A DNA stretch of 58,905 nucleotides from an uncultured Thermodesulfobacteriota bacterium (GCA_964474975.1 CAYYUX010000003.1:1-58905), one strand, 5' to 3'. Positions 50,374 through 58,905 are shown, counted from the first letter of the stretch. Translations and numbers: made by a program. The notes: a model not told the origin generated them from the letters alone.

Positions 50374-51195
50374 ATGAAAAAATATAGTCTTGGCATTATA
50401 TTCCTCTTATTTTTCATTGCCTTCTCAAGCATACCAGCGGAGGCATCTATAATAGACGTTCCCGGTGACTATAAGAGTATCGGTGAAGCCGTTGCAAAGG
50501 CAGAGCCGGGCTCGATAATAATTGTCAGGCCGGGATCATACAGCGAGAATATCATCATAAACAAACCCCTCTTTCTCAGGACCTCAAGGGGCGCGGAAAA
50601 AACGCTTATCACTGCAAAAGACCCTGACAAACCTGCCATACACATAATCAAAACCAAGGACGTTACCATCCTCGGCTTTACTGTCAAGGACTCTCTAATA
50701 GCCGGAATTCTTGTTGAAAAAAGCAAGAGAATAAAGATAAACCGCAACTTGGTTATTAAAAATGAAAACGGGCTGATTTTCATGTCTGTTCAGAATGGCA
50801 TAATATTCGGAAATCACCTTGATTCAAACAACTCCTACGGATTATACATCAATAAATCGAGTGAATGCCTCGTAAGCAACAACTCCGTAAGCTATAACGG
50901 CGACAAGGGTTTTTTCATTTTTGCCTCTCACAACAATTTCATTCAAAACAACAAAATTAACCTGAACAGATGGAACGGAATGCTTATATGGTCTTCCAAT
51001 AATAATATTATCAAAGGCAACAAAACAATGAGAAATACCTTTGGGCTCGTAACAGGCGAGTCAACAGGGAACAAACTCTCAAACAACACCTCGCTACCTG
51101 ACCTCTTTCTCATATTACCGGTTCTGCTTATCTATATTGGTTTCATATTCTACCTCGTGCAGATGTACTTCTTTAAAACTATCTCTGGAAGGTAA
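50374..51195 (+). CDS. Secreted right-handed parallel beta-helix (NosD/CASH-like) protein with C-terminal membrane anchor
   Basis: Signal peptide MKKYSLGIIFLLFFIAFSSIPAEA, VPGDY.SI.EAV..A.PG..I.V.PG.Y.E, repeated N.I..N...GI..S.NN coils, C-terminal hydrophobic helix. Confidence 0.75.
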   Translation: MKKYSLGIIFLLFFIAFSSIPAEASIIDVPGDYKSIGEAVAKAEPGSIIIVRPGSYSENIIINKPLFLRTSRGAEKTLITAKDPDKPAIHIIKTKDVTILGFTVKDSLIAGILVEKSKRIKINRNLVIKNENGLIFMSVQNGIIFGNHLDSNNSYGLYINKSSECLVSNNSVSYNGDKGFFIFASHNNFIQNNKINLNRWNGMLIWSSNNNIIKGNKTMRNTFGLVTGESTGNKLSNNTSLPDLFLILPVLLIYIGFIFYLVQMYFFKTISGR

Positions 51196-51197
51196 GC

Positions 51198-51554
51198 ATG
51201 TTCAATGACTTTCTGCCACTCATAATTGGCTCCATAGGAGTGATACTTGCGACATCAAGCTTCATAAGCGGTATGCAGCTCGTAAGGACAAAAAGAAGGA
51301 GCTTTGAAGGCAAGATTCATCGCCTCAACGGCTACAGTTCCATCGCTCTTTTTATCCTTCTATTCGCCATCTCCTTCATCGATAGCGGATACAATCTGAC
51401 GGTCCTGCTTTTGTGGCTCTCAGGATTTGCTATTATACTGCTGAAACTTCGAATAGTAAGGACAAGACGTTGGGCCTTTAAATATGTCTGCTGGTTCGGA
51501 GTCTCCATTATCAGCATGTGGATTTACATTATCTACACACATATGCCGCTTTAA
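51198..51554 (+). CDS. Small integral membrane protein (3-4 TM) of unknown function
   Basis: 118 aa, mostly hydrophobic, IHRLNG in the second segment; 2 nt after the beta-helix gene. Confidence 0.65.
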   Translation: MFNDFLPLIIGSIGVILATSSFISGMQLVRTKRRSFEGKIHRLNGYSSIALFILLFAISFIDSGYNLTVLLLWLSGFAIILLKLRIVRTRRWAFKYVCWFGVSIISMWIYIIYTHMPL

Positions 51555-51765
51555 CATAAGTATAAAGATACACTAATAAGACTTAAAATCTGTATATTTA
51601 ATGACAGTTGCTCGAGGTCTTCTCCGTTCTCACCGTCATGCTCCTTGCCATCGCCTTCCCTCGCCTATTTATTTCAAACCGGGCTCCGAGATTGTTCAAA
51701 AAATACAAAACCCGGCACTCCTTGTGGGAGGGCCGGGTAAATTCAAAAAAATAAAGCCTGTTCAG

Positions 51766-52623
51766 TTAGTCGTTATGCGTCTCGTGACAACAGCCGCCGC
51801 CACTTTCTGCGTCAGCAAGTCTTGCGTCTCTCGCGGCAGAGGCCAAATCATCAAAGTGATAACGCTCTTTCGCAGTTGAGAGCTCTGTAGCGTCAATTCT
51901 ACGCCCGGCCTTCTTGGGTACAAAGGTTGCTTCCATTTCCTTCATTTCCTTGAGGATAATCTGCCGTGTCTCTGCGTCAAGGCTGTTCTCAAGAAGGGCG
52001 AAAAACTCGTCATCCTCTTTCTTGATATGGTTCTTTAAATTGACTATGATTGAACGAGCCAATCCATCAAGGATATCGCCATCAACAAGCGCGCTCTTAA
52101 AAGAGAGCAATAGCGTCATAAACTCCCGATGGTCTTCGCGCACAATAGTAATAAGCCCTTCTGCGAGAGGCAGGAGGTTATGTACGCGAGGGAATAGTAA
52201 CTGCTCTTCTTTCATAACAGAATGAAGGGTTATGTCATTTTCAAGAGCGACTGCGGCATCCCAGAGACCATCGAGGTCTCTTTTCTTAAGGTGTGTCTCA
52301 ATCTCATCAAGCCTGGAGATTACCTTCCTGTGTTCCGCAACAAGGACCTCAAGTGGGTTGTCGCTATCAAGGGAAGCCTCTTGTTTCTCTTTGGTACGAG
52401 ACGGCGAACCATTTTCAGAGGTCTCCACACCGAGAGATTTAAAATCCTGAGAAAAACCCATACGACAAGCGCCTCTCGGACTCCTGAAGACATCTTTATG
52501 GTCGTTGGCGTCAAGGAGTCCTTTAAAAAGCTCCTCGTCCATAGTCAACACACCCTCTCTGCAATATACGACGCACGAGGGATGAAGACATTTATATTCT
52601 ACTCTTACCTTCTTTCCAGTCAT
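51766..52623 (-). CDS. Hemerythrin-domain protein with N-terminal Cys/His motif and C-terminal GGGCCH
   Basis: AEHRKV, HSVMKEE.LLFP, EDHRE, NHIKKEDD; N-terminal CLHPSCVVYC...GACRMG. ATG 52623 follows GGAGG (ORF track gives GTG 52632). Confidence 0.8.
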   Translation of the reverse strand: MTGKKVRVEYKCLHPSCVVYCREGVLTMDEELFKGLLDANDHKDVFRSPRGACRMGFSQDFKSLGVETSENGSPSRTKEKQEASLDSDNPLEVLVAEHRKVISRLDEIETHLKKRDLDGLWDAAVALENDITLHSVMKEEQLLFPRVHNLLPLAEGLITIVREDHREFMTLLLSFKSALVDGDILDGLARSIIVNLKNHIKKEDDEFFALLENSLDAETRQIILKEMKEMEATFVPKKAGRRIDATELSTAKERYHFDDLASAARDARLADAESGGGCCHETHND

Positions 52624-52660
52624 AACACTCACCTCCTGGAATCAAAAACCTTACGTCAGA

Positions 52661-53176
52661 TCAAGCGTTTTGAGCAACCTTTTCGCCCTCAGCACCACCT
52701 GGCATTTCAGGGATGCCGAACTTATCATTGAACTTTGTTACGATGTATATAAGGGTCCTGTGGTTAAGGAGCAGGCCCTCGAACATCTTAGTCTTTGAAA
52801 GGCCGTCAAGATAGAACTCATAGGAGAACTGAATCTGTTTGGCAACTCCTTCCTCATTCATGTTCATGTCATAGCTGTTCTTAAGAAAGAGAAGGTCGTT
52901 TCTTATCTCTGCATAAAACTGCTCTCTTTCATCTCTGGAAAGCTTTGCAAGGGAATCTATGTGCTCTTTTGCGATAGAGACACCGTTTAGGAGTACAACG
53001 AGGCCGGGAAACTCTGTTGGCTGTAATATTCTCTGCCTTTTTAAAGAGCCTATGGGATAGTCTATCTCATAATGAAAGGTAGACTGACCGTCGTCAATTT
53101 TTTGTGTCTTGTGGTGATTCTCGTCGAGCCACCTTTTTATTGCCTCTGAAGCCTGCTCTACTGTAGTGATGTCCAT
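52661..53176 (-). CDS. DUF2299-like protein
   Basis: IKRWLDE...K.DD..S.FH..I.YP.G...I.QP...EH...L.KL....REQF..EI..DLL pattern recalled for DUF2299; ATG after GGAGA. Confidence 0.55.
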   Translation of the reverse strand: MDITTVEQASEAIKRWLDENHHKTQKIDDGQSTFHYEIDYPIGSLKRQRILQPTEFPGLVVLLNGVSIAKEHIDSLAKLSRDEREQFYAEIRNDLLFLKNSYDMNMNEEGVAKQIQFSYEFYLDGLSKTKMFEGLLLNHRTLIYIVTKFNDKFGIPEMPGGAEGEKVAQNA

Positions 53177-53223
53177 CAATGTCTCCTTTGATTCTGTTTT
53201 ATTTAGTAAAAAGGGATTATTAT

Positions 53224-53252
53224 AATATACTATAAATATAAAGCCTTGTCCA
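53224..53252 (-). promoter_or_regulatory. Putative sigma70 promoter for DUF2299-hemerythrin
   Basis: Minus strand TGGACA, 17 nt, TATATT. Confidence 0.45.
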
Positions 53253-53375
53253 GTTTAATGGTCCCGATAATAGACGTTGCCATAAAAAAAACCCTTACGG
53301 CGATTCAGTCATCTGACTTAAGGAATTTACCTTGAGATAAAGAAACAAGAAATCCTGCAACAAGGACTGTGTATA

Positions 53376-53411
53376 GAAAACGACCGGTTCAATAAATAAA
53401 AGAACCGGTCG
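53376..53411 (-). terminator. Terminator after the DUF2769-like gene
   Basis: CGACCGGTTC/GAACCGGTCG 10-bp stem followed by TTTT on the minus strand. Confidence 0.65.
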
Positions 53412-53441
53412 ATAGTCATTACAATCGGCAAAGCACATTCA

Positions 53442-53750
53442 TCACGGGGCGTCGCTGACTTCACCCTTCATTATCTGACATATCTCGGAGCAACGTGTGC
53501 AGTAGTGTGTATGCTCAAGGGCATACTCCTTCCAGATATCACATGACCCACAGATACAGTCTTTTTCCCATTTGATGTTTGCGCTTGTTCCTATCAGGGG
53601 AAAACAGTACCCGATAGTTGCATCTCCCTCAACATAAGTGGGACACCCCTTGCATTTGCACTTACCAGTTACATATTCCTGCTTTTTCTGATGCTCTTCG
53701 GCGGTCATAGTATCAATATCAAACTTGTCCATCCTATCGTAGATTCCCAT
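53442..53750 (-). CDS. DUF2769-like Cys-rich small protein
   Basis: CKCKGCPTY...YCF...G.S...I...DCICGSC..W..Y.L...HYCTRC.E.C; 10 Cys in the C-terminal 70 aa. Confidence 0.7.
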   Translation of the reverse strand: MGIYDRMDKFDIDTMTAEEHQKKQEYVTGKCKCKGCPTYVEGDATIGYCFPLIGTSANIKWEKDCICGSCDIWKEYALEHTHYCTRCSEICQIMKGEVSDAP

Positions 53751-53885
53751 AAAGACCTCCTAAGGTAGAGTGCAGAGAGCTATCTATAAAACACTGTTAA
53801 AACGAGTTTGTTGTGCTATGTATTCACATTATCATAAAATTCCGTTATGTCAATAATTTTGGTAAAATTTTTCACTCAAATAAAA

Positions 53886-53921
53886 CAAAAAGACGGAGGG
53901 ACATAGTCCCTCCGTCTTTTG
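53886..53921 (-). terminator. Strong intrinsic terminator after narK
   Basis: CAAAAAGACGGAGGGAC ATA GTCCCTCCGTCTTTTG, with U-rich tail on the minus strand. Confidence 0.85.
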
Positions 53922-53949
53922 TGAATCCACAAAACGCTGAAAGTGCGGA

Positions 53950-55563
53950 TTAAGGATTCTTGTATTTACATCCGGGCCGTAGATAGACCCAGAAGTTCAG
54001 GACAACACATACTGCGTAGAATGCTGCGAAACCGTATAGCGCATACTGAGGTGTCGTAGCTTTAATCTGCTCACCGATGACCTTGGGCATAATGAAAGCG
54101 CCGTAGGCCGCGACAGCCGATGTCCATCCAAGGACAGGTCCTGCTTGCTCCTCGTTAAAGACCATGGCTATTGTCCTGAATGTAGAGCCATTGCCTATGC
54201 CTGAGAAGGTGAAGAGGCCAAGGAACAGAAGGAAGAATGGCAACCAGTAATCCTGCGGTGTTGCCGTGGCGTATGCCTTGGCCATGAACACTGAGACGGC
54301 AAGTGCACAGACAACCATGCCTATGGCGCATACCTGAGTTACAAGCGCTCCGCCAAGTTTATCCGCTATCTTACCTCCTACTGGCCTGATAAGGGCGCCG
54401 ATGAAGGGGCCTATCCAGGCATAAGTCAGGGCGCTCGGACCAAGTGGGTTTGGCGTATTATGCGTCATCAATCCCGTCGCGGGGTCAATGAGGTGCTGGA
54501 AACCGAATATGACCTTGATGGAAAGCGGAAATGAAGCGGCATAGCCGATGAAGGATCCGAATGTCATGGTATAGATGACTGTCATGACCCATGTATGGCT
54601 GTTGTTGAATATCTTATACTGCCGCTTAAGGTTTTCCTTCAACTCTCCCGGTGATAAATATCTCATTAGTAGAACCGTGGCTACAATGACGCATACTAGC
54701 ACGACCCACTTGTTTATGCCGAAACCGAATGGCGCCGGCAAAAGTGCGTAGAGGCCAAGCCCCGCTGTCACAAAACCGATGCAGAGAAGGAAGACGATCT
54801 TGCCAAGGGAGCCGAAGGTTCCGCTTATGTGCGGTGATACGGCAGGCGTCCTGATGTTATTAAAGCCGAACCAACCTGCTACGGCTAAAGGTATAAGCCA
54901 GAACATCCATACGATACCGGCGTGATGAATCCATGTGGTGGAGCCAGCCGGGATCTTTCCGATAAGGGTTCCGCTTGTGTTGATAAGGGTCATGCCCGGG
55001 CCGCTTAATGGGCCAAGGAGCTTAAAGGTCATGACAAGGGGGATAAGAATCTGCATTGTCGTAACACCAAAGTTACCAAGACCAGCGTTAAGGCCAAGAG
55101 AGGTTCCCTGTACCTTCTTAGGGAAAAAGTAGCTGATGTTACTCATGGATGAAGCAAAGTTTCCGCCTCCAAAGCCAGAGAAGAAGGCGCATATCTGGAA
55201 GTAGAAAAGTGGTGTGTCTTTACTCTGCAAAAAGATAAAGGCGAGCATTGATGGTATCATGAGCATCGCCGTTGTCCAGAACAAGGTGTTCTTACCACCT
55301 GCAATTCTGATAAAGAACGTACTTGGAATCCTTAGTGTAGCACCTGTGAGGCCGGCTATGGCCATAAGGGTAAAGAGGTGAGCTTTAGGTATAGGAAAAC
55401 CAAGGTTCACCATCTGAACCGTGATAATGCCCCACATCAGCCATGTGGCGAATCCTACGAGAAGGGATGGAATGGAAATCCATAGATTCCTCGTAGCAAT
55501 CCTTTTTCCGGTCGAGTTCCAGAAGCCTTCGTCCTCGACCTTCCATTCAAAGATGTCTGACAT
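53950..55563 (-). CDS. narK: Nitrate/nitrite transporter, NarK (NarK2-like) MFS
   Basis: W..EDE.FW...GKRIATRNLWISIP, GATLRIP, GFGGGNFASSMSNISYFFPK..QG..LGLNAGLGN, TFGSFIGY, GIGNGSTFR. Confidence 0.95.
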   Translation of the reverse strand: MSDIFEWKVEDEGFWNSTGKRIATRNLWISIPSLLVGFATWLMWGIITVQMVNLGFPIPKAHLFTLMAIAGLTGATLRIPSTFFIRIAGGKNTLFWTTAMLMIPSMLAFIFLQSKDTPLFYFQICAFFSGFGGGNFASSMSNISYFFPKKVQGTSLGLNAGLGNFGVTTMQILIPLVMTFKLLGPLSGPGMTLINTSGTLIGKIPAGSTTWIHHAGIVWMFWLIPLAVAGWFGFNNIRTPAVSPHISGTFGSLGKIVFLLCIGFVTAGLGLYALLPAPFGFGINKWVVLVCVIVATVLLMRYLSPGELKENLKRQYKIFNNSHTWVMTVIYTMTFGSFIGYAASFPLSIKVIFGFQHLIDPATGLMTHNTPNPLGPSALTYAWIGPFIGALIRPVGGKIADKLGGALVTQVCAIGMVVCALAVSVFMAKAYATATPQDYWLPFFLLFLGLFTFSGIGNGSTFRTIAMVFNEEQAGPVLGWTSAVAAYGAFIMPKVIGEQIKATTPQYALYGFAAFYAVCVVLNFWVYLRPGCKYKNP

Positions 55564-55885
55564 ACGCCGTTATCTCCTTTTGTAATTGTTTTCTTGCCCC
55601 GTAGAAAAGGGCAAAAAAAATTAAGTGAAAGATGGATATATGTTAATAAAGGGCGTCGAATACGCCTTTAATTCTCAACAAATGTTTTATCGCTTATGTG
55701 CCGTTATGTGTCTCTTTTCGCACAAAGAAGCTTCCGAGTCAAGCAAAAAACTACCCATATAAACGGCATTCAAGCAAATAAGAATTTTTTGATTTTTCCA
55801 TAATCCGGTGAGGGACAGAAGTAAAGCAGCCGCCTTACCGGTATGACGGGGATGGACACAAAGCGCCCATCCCCACCGGTTTGTA

Positions 55886-56584
55886 TTACTTGTACTGTAC
55901 CACGTTAACTGTGGCGCCCCTGCTCCTGTACCACCTGACGACCTGATAAGGCCGTGTGAGGTACTTGTAGGGGTTGATGGTTACAAAGTGAGCGAGCCTT
56001 GAAAACGGTATGAATGCGATGAATATCAAGGCGTTGAAGATATGAACCTTGGTGTTCAAAGGCAGACTCGCTACGTACGTTGGGTCAGGATTGAACCTGA
56101 AGAGACTCCAGACCCACGGAACAGCGCTCGCGGCGTACCAGTTGGAGCCCCACCTGAAGAAGATGGCGTTGCCGAGACCGGTTACGACCTGTATGAGCAG
56201 GATGATAAGGATGATTACGTCCCATGAGTTTGTAAGCGCCTTGACTCTTGTGTTGGTAAGCCTTCTGTATATAAGAGCGAGAAGGCCGAAGAGAGCAAGG
56301 AAACCCAGAGACAGTGCCGTAAGCTCAAGTATATAGAGCCTTACGGGTACAGAGTTCCACCAGAGCAGTCCGCTTGGTATGATTATCCCCACAATATGAC
56401 CAAGGAGAAGGATAATAATACCATAGTGCCATGGGAAGGAACCGAAAAAGAGAACCTTGTTTTCCAGGAACTGGGAGGACTGTGAACTCCAACTGAACCT
56501 GTTGTAATTGAAGCGCCAGAAAACGCCTACTATTGCTATGGCAACAAGCACATAGGGCATGGTGCCGTAAAGAAACATATACAT
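55886..56584 (-). CDS. narI: Respiratory nitrate reductase gamma subunit (di-heme cytochrome b)
   Basis: PY..., SSQSSQFLE, WHYGI...GH (heme His pair), KVH...PFSRLAH (second His pair), RPYQVV. Confidence 0.95.
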   Translation of the reverse strand: MYMFLYGTMPYVLVAIAIVGVFWRFNYNRFSWSSQSSQFLENKVLFFGSFPWHYGIIILLLGHIVGIIIPSGLLWWNSVPVRLYILELTALSLGFLALFGLLALIYRRLTNTRVKALTNSWDVIILIILLIQVVTGLGNAIFFRWGSNWYAASAVPWVWSLFRFNPDPTYVASLPLNTKVHIFNALIFIAFIPFSRLAHFVTINPYKYLTRPYQVVRWYRSRGATVNVVQYK

Positions 56585-56586
56585 GT

Positions 56587-57150
56587 CTACATACCTCCTT
56601 TAACGTCTTTGTCAATAACACGATGTATGGCGTCAATAAGATAGCTGTATAGATTACCCTTGTTTTTCTCGAAGTTTTTATCGAGTTTTTCAAGGGCTAT
56701 CACAAGGAAGCTTTCCATAACATCCTGCTTGAGCTCGGCATCCTCAAGTGTTCCGAGGAAAGTAAGCAAAACAGGCATGTGATCCGGAAGTTCTCCCTTG
56801 GCTATCTCATCATAGGGAAAGCCTTTCTCCCTGTACATAGCCTTGAGTGAAGCCAGGTTATTGGATCTTTTGAATCCATCAAAAAGAAAATGTCCGAGGT
56901 CAAGAGTATATTCTGATGTCAGCTCAAAGGTATATGAATATATCCCCTGAACATCATCAAGGGGCAATTTACTTACCTCCTCTTGAAAATGGCGCAAGGC
57001 GTCCATTATCTCAGGCCCGTACTGAGGGCAACGGGATACTGCCTCCATTGTCTCCTCAATTGTGGCCGGCAAATCCTCTGTAGGATATTGGAGGATATCT
57101 GCAAAATGCTCGTATAAACTCTTAACCTTGACGGACATAAGCTTTACCAC
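56587..57150 (-). CDS. narJ: Nitrate reductase molybdenum cofactor assembly chaperone (start GTG 57150 or ATG 57138)
   Basis: ILQYP, Y.YTF, LDLGHFLF...KR...L..LK..Y...G, ELPDHMPVLLTFL. Confidence 0.9.
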   Translation of the reverse strand: MVKLMSVKVKSLYEHFADILQYPTEDLPATIEETMEAVSRCPQYGPEIMDALRHFQEEVSKLPLDDVQGIYSYTFELTSEYTLDLGHFLFDGFKRSNNLASLKAMYREKGFPYDEIAKGELPDHMPVLLTFLGTLEDAELKQDVMESFLVIALEKLDKNFEKNKGNLYSYLIDAIHRVIDKDVKGGM

Positions 57151-58670
57151 GACCTCCCGAGAAGTTCTCTATTATGTTGCTTCTTTCCGAAGCCAACGGT
57201 TCCCCTCTTCTCGTATACCGTCCTCGGGTCTATTGAGGTCTCGGCCTCACGATGCGTCTCAGGGATTACAAACCTCTCCTCATACGTCGCGAGACTCAGG
57301 AGTGTGTATATCTCGTCGGCATCCCTTGCGCTGAACCCAACCTGGGCGAGGGCGTTCTTTGCCACATCAGCGCTGATATCACCGACTCTCTTGTGCCTCT
57401 GGTATATCCTCACGGCCATCTGCTTTTTGAGCGACTCGATTACAAGCTGCTCGTTGCCGGCGGAGAGGAGACTGGCAAGATACCTTACAGGAACTCTCAT
57501 CTTATCGACATCATTAAAGAAGTCGTTGGAGATGGGGTCAAAGGTACCGCCTGAAGCCGACTTTGCGTCGTGCAGTATGGGAGAAAGCGGCGGCAAGTAG
57601 AAGTTCATCGGCAGAGTTCTGAACTCCGGATGGTTCGGGAGAGATATCCTCCACTTCTTGAACATCTTGTATGCCGGCGAATTCTGCGCCGCGGCTATCC
57701 AGTTGTCTGGAACACCGTTCTTGCGGACGGCCTCCACGACTGCCGGGTCATTGGGATCAAGGATAATATCCCGCATGGCCTCGACTATTCTCTCGTCAGA
57801 TACCTTGGCTGTATCCGGTATCCTGTCGGCATCGTAGAAGAGCAGACCTACGTGGCGAATCCTTCCTACGCAAGAGTGAGCGCAGGCATTGGCCTGTGTG
57901 GTCTCAACCCTGGGGTAGCAGAATATGCACTTCTCGCTCTTACCGGTTGCCCAGTTAAAGTATGGTTTTTTGTAAGGACATGCGCTTACGCAGAACCTCC
58001 AGGCGCGGCAGGTATCCTGGTCTATAAGAACGATGCCGTCCTCACCCCTTTTGTAGATGGCGCCTGAGGGACAGGATGCCACGCAACCGGGGTTGAGGCA
58101 ATGGTTGCATATCCTCGGAACATAGAAGAAAAAGAGTTTATGGAACTTGGTGAGACACTCTTTCTGCGATTCCGAGAGATTCTTCATGTTGGGATCGTTG
58201 GAGGCGTATAGTGGAGATCCGCCAAGGTCATCGTCCCAGTTCGGCCCGAGAACTATCTTCTCCATGAACTCACCGGTGATGAGTGACTTCGGACGCGCAA
58301 CGGGCTGGTCGTCTCCCGCAGGTGCGTTGAAGAGGTTCTGATAGTCATAAGTAAAGGGCTCATAGTAATCATCTATTGTCGGCAAATTCGGCTGAAAAAA
58401 GATGTTGGCTAGGGACCTGATCTTGCCAGGTCCCTTTAAGAGTTTCAGCCTGAGATTGCCGCCGGAGACTTCCCAACCGCCCCTGTACCTGTCCTGATCT
58501 TCCCATGTTACAGGATAACCGGTTCCGGGTTTGGTCTCCACGTTGTTCCACCACATATACTCGGCGCCCCGTCTCGTGGTCCAGATGTTCTTGCAGGAGA
58601 CGCTACAAGTGTGGCAACCGATACACTTGTCCAAGTGAAAGCTCATTGAAAACTGGGTTCTGATATCCAT
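57144..58670 (-). CDS. narH: Respiratory nitrate reductase beta subunit (Fe-S)
   Basis: FHLDKCIGCHTCSVSCKN.W, WWNNVETKPG, PRICNHCLNPGCVASCPSGA, CRAWRFCVSACPYKK, KCIFCYPR, CVGRIR. ATG 58670 overlaps the narG stop (TAATG). Confidence 0.96.
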   Translation of the reverse strand: MDIRTQFSMSFHLDKCIGCHTCSVSCKNIWTTRRGAEYMWWNNVETKPGTGYPVTWEDQDRYRGGWEVSGGNLRLKLLKGPGKIRSLANIFFQPNLPTIDDYYEPFTYDYQNLFNAPAGDDQPVARPKSLITGEFMEKIVLGPNWDDDLGGSPLYASNDPNMKNLSESQKECLTKFHKLFFFYVPRICNHCLNPGCVASCPSGAIYKRGEDGIVLIDQDTCRAWRFCVSACPYKKPYFNWATGKSEKCIFCYPRVETTQANACAHSCVGRIRHVGLLFYDADRIPDTAKVSDERIVEAMRDIILDPNDPAVVEAVRKNGVPDNWIAAAQNSPAYKMFKKWRISLPNHPEFRTLPMNFYLPPLSPILHDAKSASGGTFDPISNDFFNDVDKMRVPVRYLASLLSAGNEQLVIESLKKQMAVRIYQRHKRVGDISADVAKNALAQVGFSARDADEIYTLLSLATYEERFVIPETHREAETSIDPRTVYEKRGTVGFGKKQHNRELLGRSW

Positions 58671-58905
58671 TACCACTTAACCTCCTGGTTTCTCATTTTT
58701 CTCACGAAAACGGTTGTATCCCTGATGATGGGGATGGGCCCCCAGGCATTGAAGCCGTATGAGAACTGACCGTAGCCGCCTGTCATAAGACTTGGTTTCA
58801 GACGCTGCCTGGTGAGACTGTTGTGGAATCCGCCGCGGATCTTGTTACGCTGTTCCGCCTTGGGGACGTTAACCGTTCTTTCCTGTGAGTGATAGGCAAA
58901 GGCGG
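58670..58905 (-). CDS. narG: Respiratory nitrate reductase alpha subunit, C-terminal fragment (enters from outside the window)
   Basis: Hand translation: [14 protein letters not shown]...[48 protein letters not shown]...KW*. Matches NarG C-terminal motifs (YHAQER, GG.HNS.TR..KP..M.GGY). Confidence 0.9.
   Translation of the reverse strand, partial: AFAYHSQERTVNVPKAEQRNKIRGGFHNSLTRQRLKPSLMTGGYGQFSYGFNAWGPIPIIRDTTVFVRKMRNQEVKW

Noticed and set aside
50374-51195. Calling the beta-helix gene nosD
   Set aside because: No nosZ, nosF, nosY or nosL nearby; the C-terminal TM anchor is not a NosD feature.
53295-53444. TGA-TGA after DUF2769 followed by about 48 open codons; considered as selenocysteine readthrough
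   Set aside because: The downstream hairpin has an A/U loop without the SECIS G and looks like a terminator; the extension has no conserved character.
1-58905. CRISPR arrays, rRNA, transposases, integrases or phage genes
   Set aside because: No regularly spaced repeats and no ORF with such motifs seen; the only tandem repeats are two-copy 14-15 nt duplications.

Overview
Chromosomal window of a Gram-negative bacterium. The recA-pilT-recX-alaS and pgpA-cinA-thpR-recA synteny, two-subunit pyruvate carboxylase and NarH type point to a deltaproteobacterial (Desulfobacterota-like) lineage; this is inference. Core housekeeping blocks: tRNA-Val-thrS-infC-rpmI-rplT-pheS', proS-ppiD, mreBCD-mrdA-rodA-pgpA-pncC-thpR-recA-pilT-recX-alaS, bamD, gltX-pycAB, nrdR-ribD-ribE-ribBA-ribH-nusB, HU and tRNA-Ala. 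Accessory blocks: an AlgI/AlgJ-like O-acetylation pair with a Zn-ribbon/PilZ gene; an orphan divergent CheA; a selB-selD locus preceded by hemerythrin, DsrE-like and DUF488 genes; sugar-nucleotide and GT4 genes; and, 3' of tRNA-Ala, a beta-helix/membrane pair converging on narG'-H-J-I-K followed by DUF2769, DUF2299 and a Cys-rich hemerythrin. The ORF track misses or truncates several genes. selD has an in-frame UGA (Sec19) with a SECIS hairpin. infC starts at AUA. thpR has no canonical start upstream of its first catalytic HxT motif (AUA start or 1-nt frameshift). The pheS and narG fragments sit at the window edges. The best candidates for undescribed biology are the nar-linked hemerythrin/Cys-rich module, the AUA-started thpR, the hemerythrin-DsrE-DUF488-selBD cluster, and recurrent G-rich/C-poor tracts downstream of stop codons. 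No CRISPR array, rRNA, transposase or integrase was seen. All family assignments are by motif recognition; no database search was run.
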